A DNA stretch of 45,016 nt from Planctomycetota bacterium (GTDB lineage: Bacteria; Planctomycetota; Planctomycetia; Pirellulales; Lacipirellulaceae), in NCBI GenBank assembly GCA_039190745.1, contig JBCCXZ010000028.1, positions 1 to 45,016 on the forward strand, written 5' to 3'. Below the pieces are notes generated by a model, which was not told the origin of the DNA, made no database searches, and saw only the letters and a program-made list of their open reading frames with translations. Made by a program: the position numbers and the translations under genes. Positions 44,863 through 45,016 of the stretch are shown here, piece by piece. Position 1 is the first letter of the stretch; each line of letters opens with the position of its first letter.

Positions 44863-44928
44863 TGGCCCCGGAGGGGCCAAGTCGTGTAGCCCGGGGCAAG
44901 CCCGCAGTAGGCGGGCGCAGCCCCGGGT
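44863..44928. repeat. REP-like composite palindrome
   Basis: TGGCCCC-GGA-GGGGCCA (44863-44879), then GTAG at 44886 leading into GCCCGGGGC...GCCCCGGGT, which encloses GCCCGC-AGTAG-GCGGGC. Confidence 0.55.
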
Positions 44929-45016
44929 TGAGGTTTGCGGAGCATCTCGCGTCCGAGCGTTTGGCGCCGCCGCAATCGGCGTTCTGCCGAGGACGCACCC
45001 AATCCGCGGACGGTTC

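Overview
This is a GC-rich, gene-dense chromosomal segment. It very likely comes from a planctomycete (Pirellulales-like), judging from a DUF1559 prepilin-like protein, two PEP-CTERM proteins, two PQQ-like beta-propeller proteins and tetrahydromethanopterin (H4MPT) genes. From left to right it holds: a Mn/Zn ABC uptake operon (mntR, TroA-like, TroB-like) divergent from a DUF1559 + lipoprotein pair, with two tandem palindromic MntR-like boxes between them; a GNAT and an M16 peptidase pair; a REC-HDOD regulator; GGCT; sthA; rarA; a SirB/CbiX chelatase; two secreted hypotheticals (one with a sigma-54-like promoter); cysK-lipA; DUF309; a 895-aa exported protein; a four-gene ABC export module; a small pilin; a CBS protein; an atypical FabD-like acyltransferase; a PEP-CTERM protein; a beta-propeller protein; a tightly packed H4MPT/pABA biosynthesis operon (atypical SDR, orf20-like, pabB, pabA, orf22/DUF447, mptG); dapA; pdxJ; mgtE; rnc; DUF2256; a second PEP-CTERM protein behind a strongly structured intergenic region; a second beta-propeller protein; and REP-like palindromes at the right end. 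No rRNA, tRNA, CRISPR array, integrase or transposase was recognised. The best leads are (1) a probable Mn-regulated DUF1559/lipoprotein module, (2) a non-canonical SDR that could be a dihydromethanopterin reductase, (3) a FabD-like enzyme lacking the malonyl-binding Arg, and (4) candidate cis-regulatory RNAs upstream of cysK and the second PEP-CTERM gene. All family assignments come from recognising motifs by eye; no database search was run.
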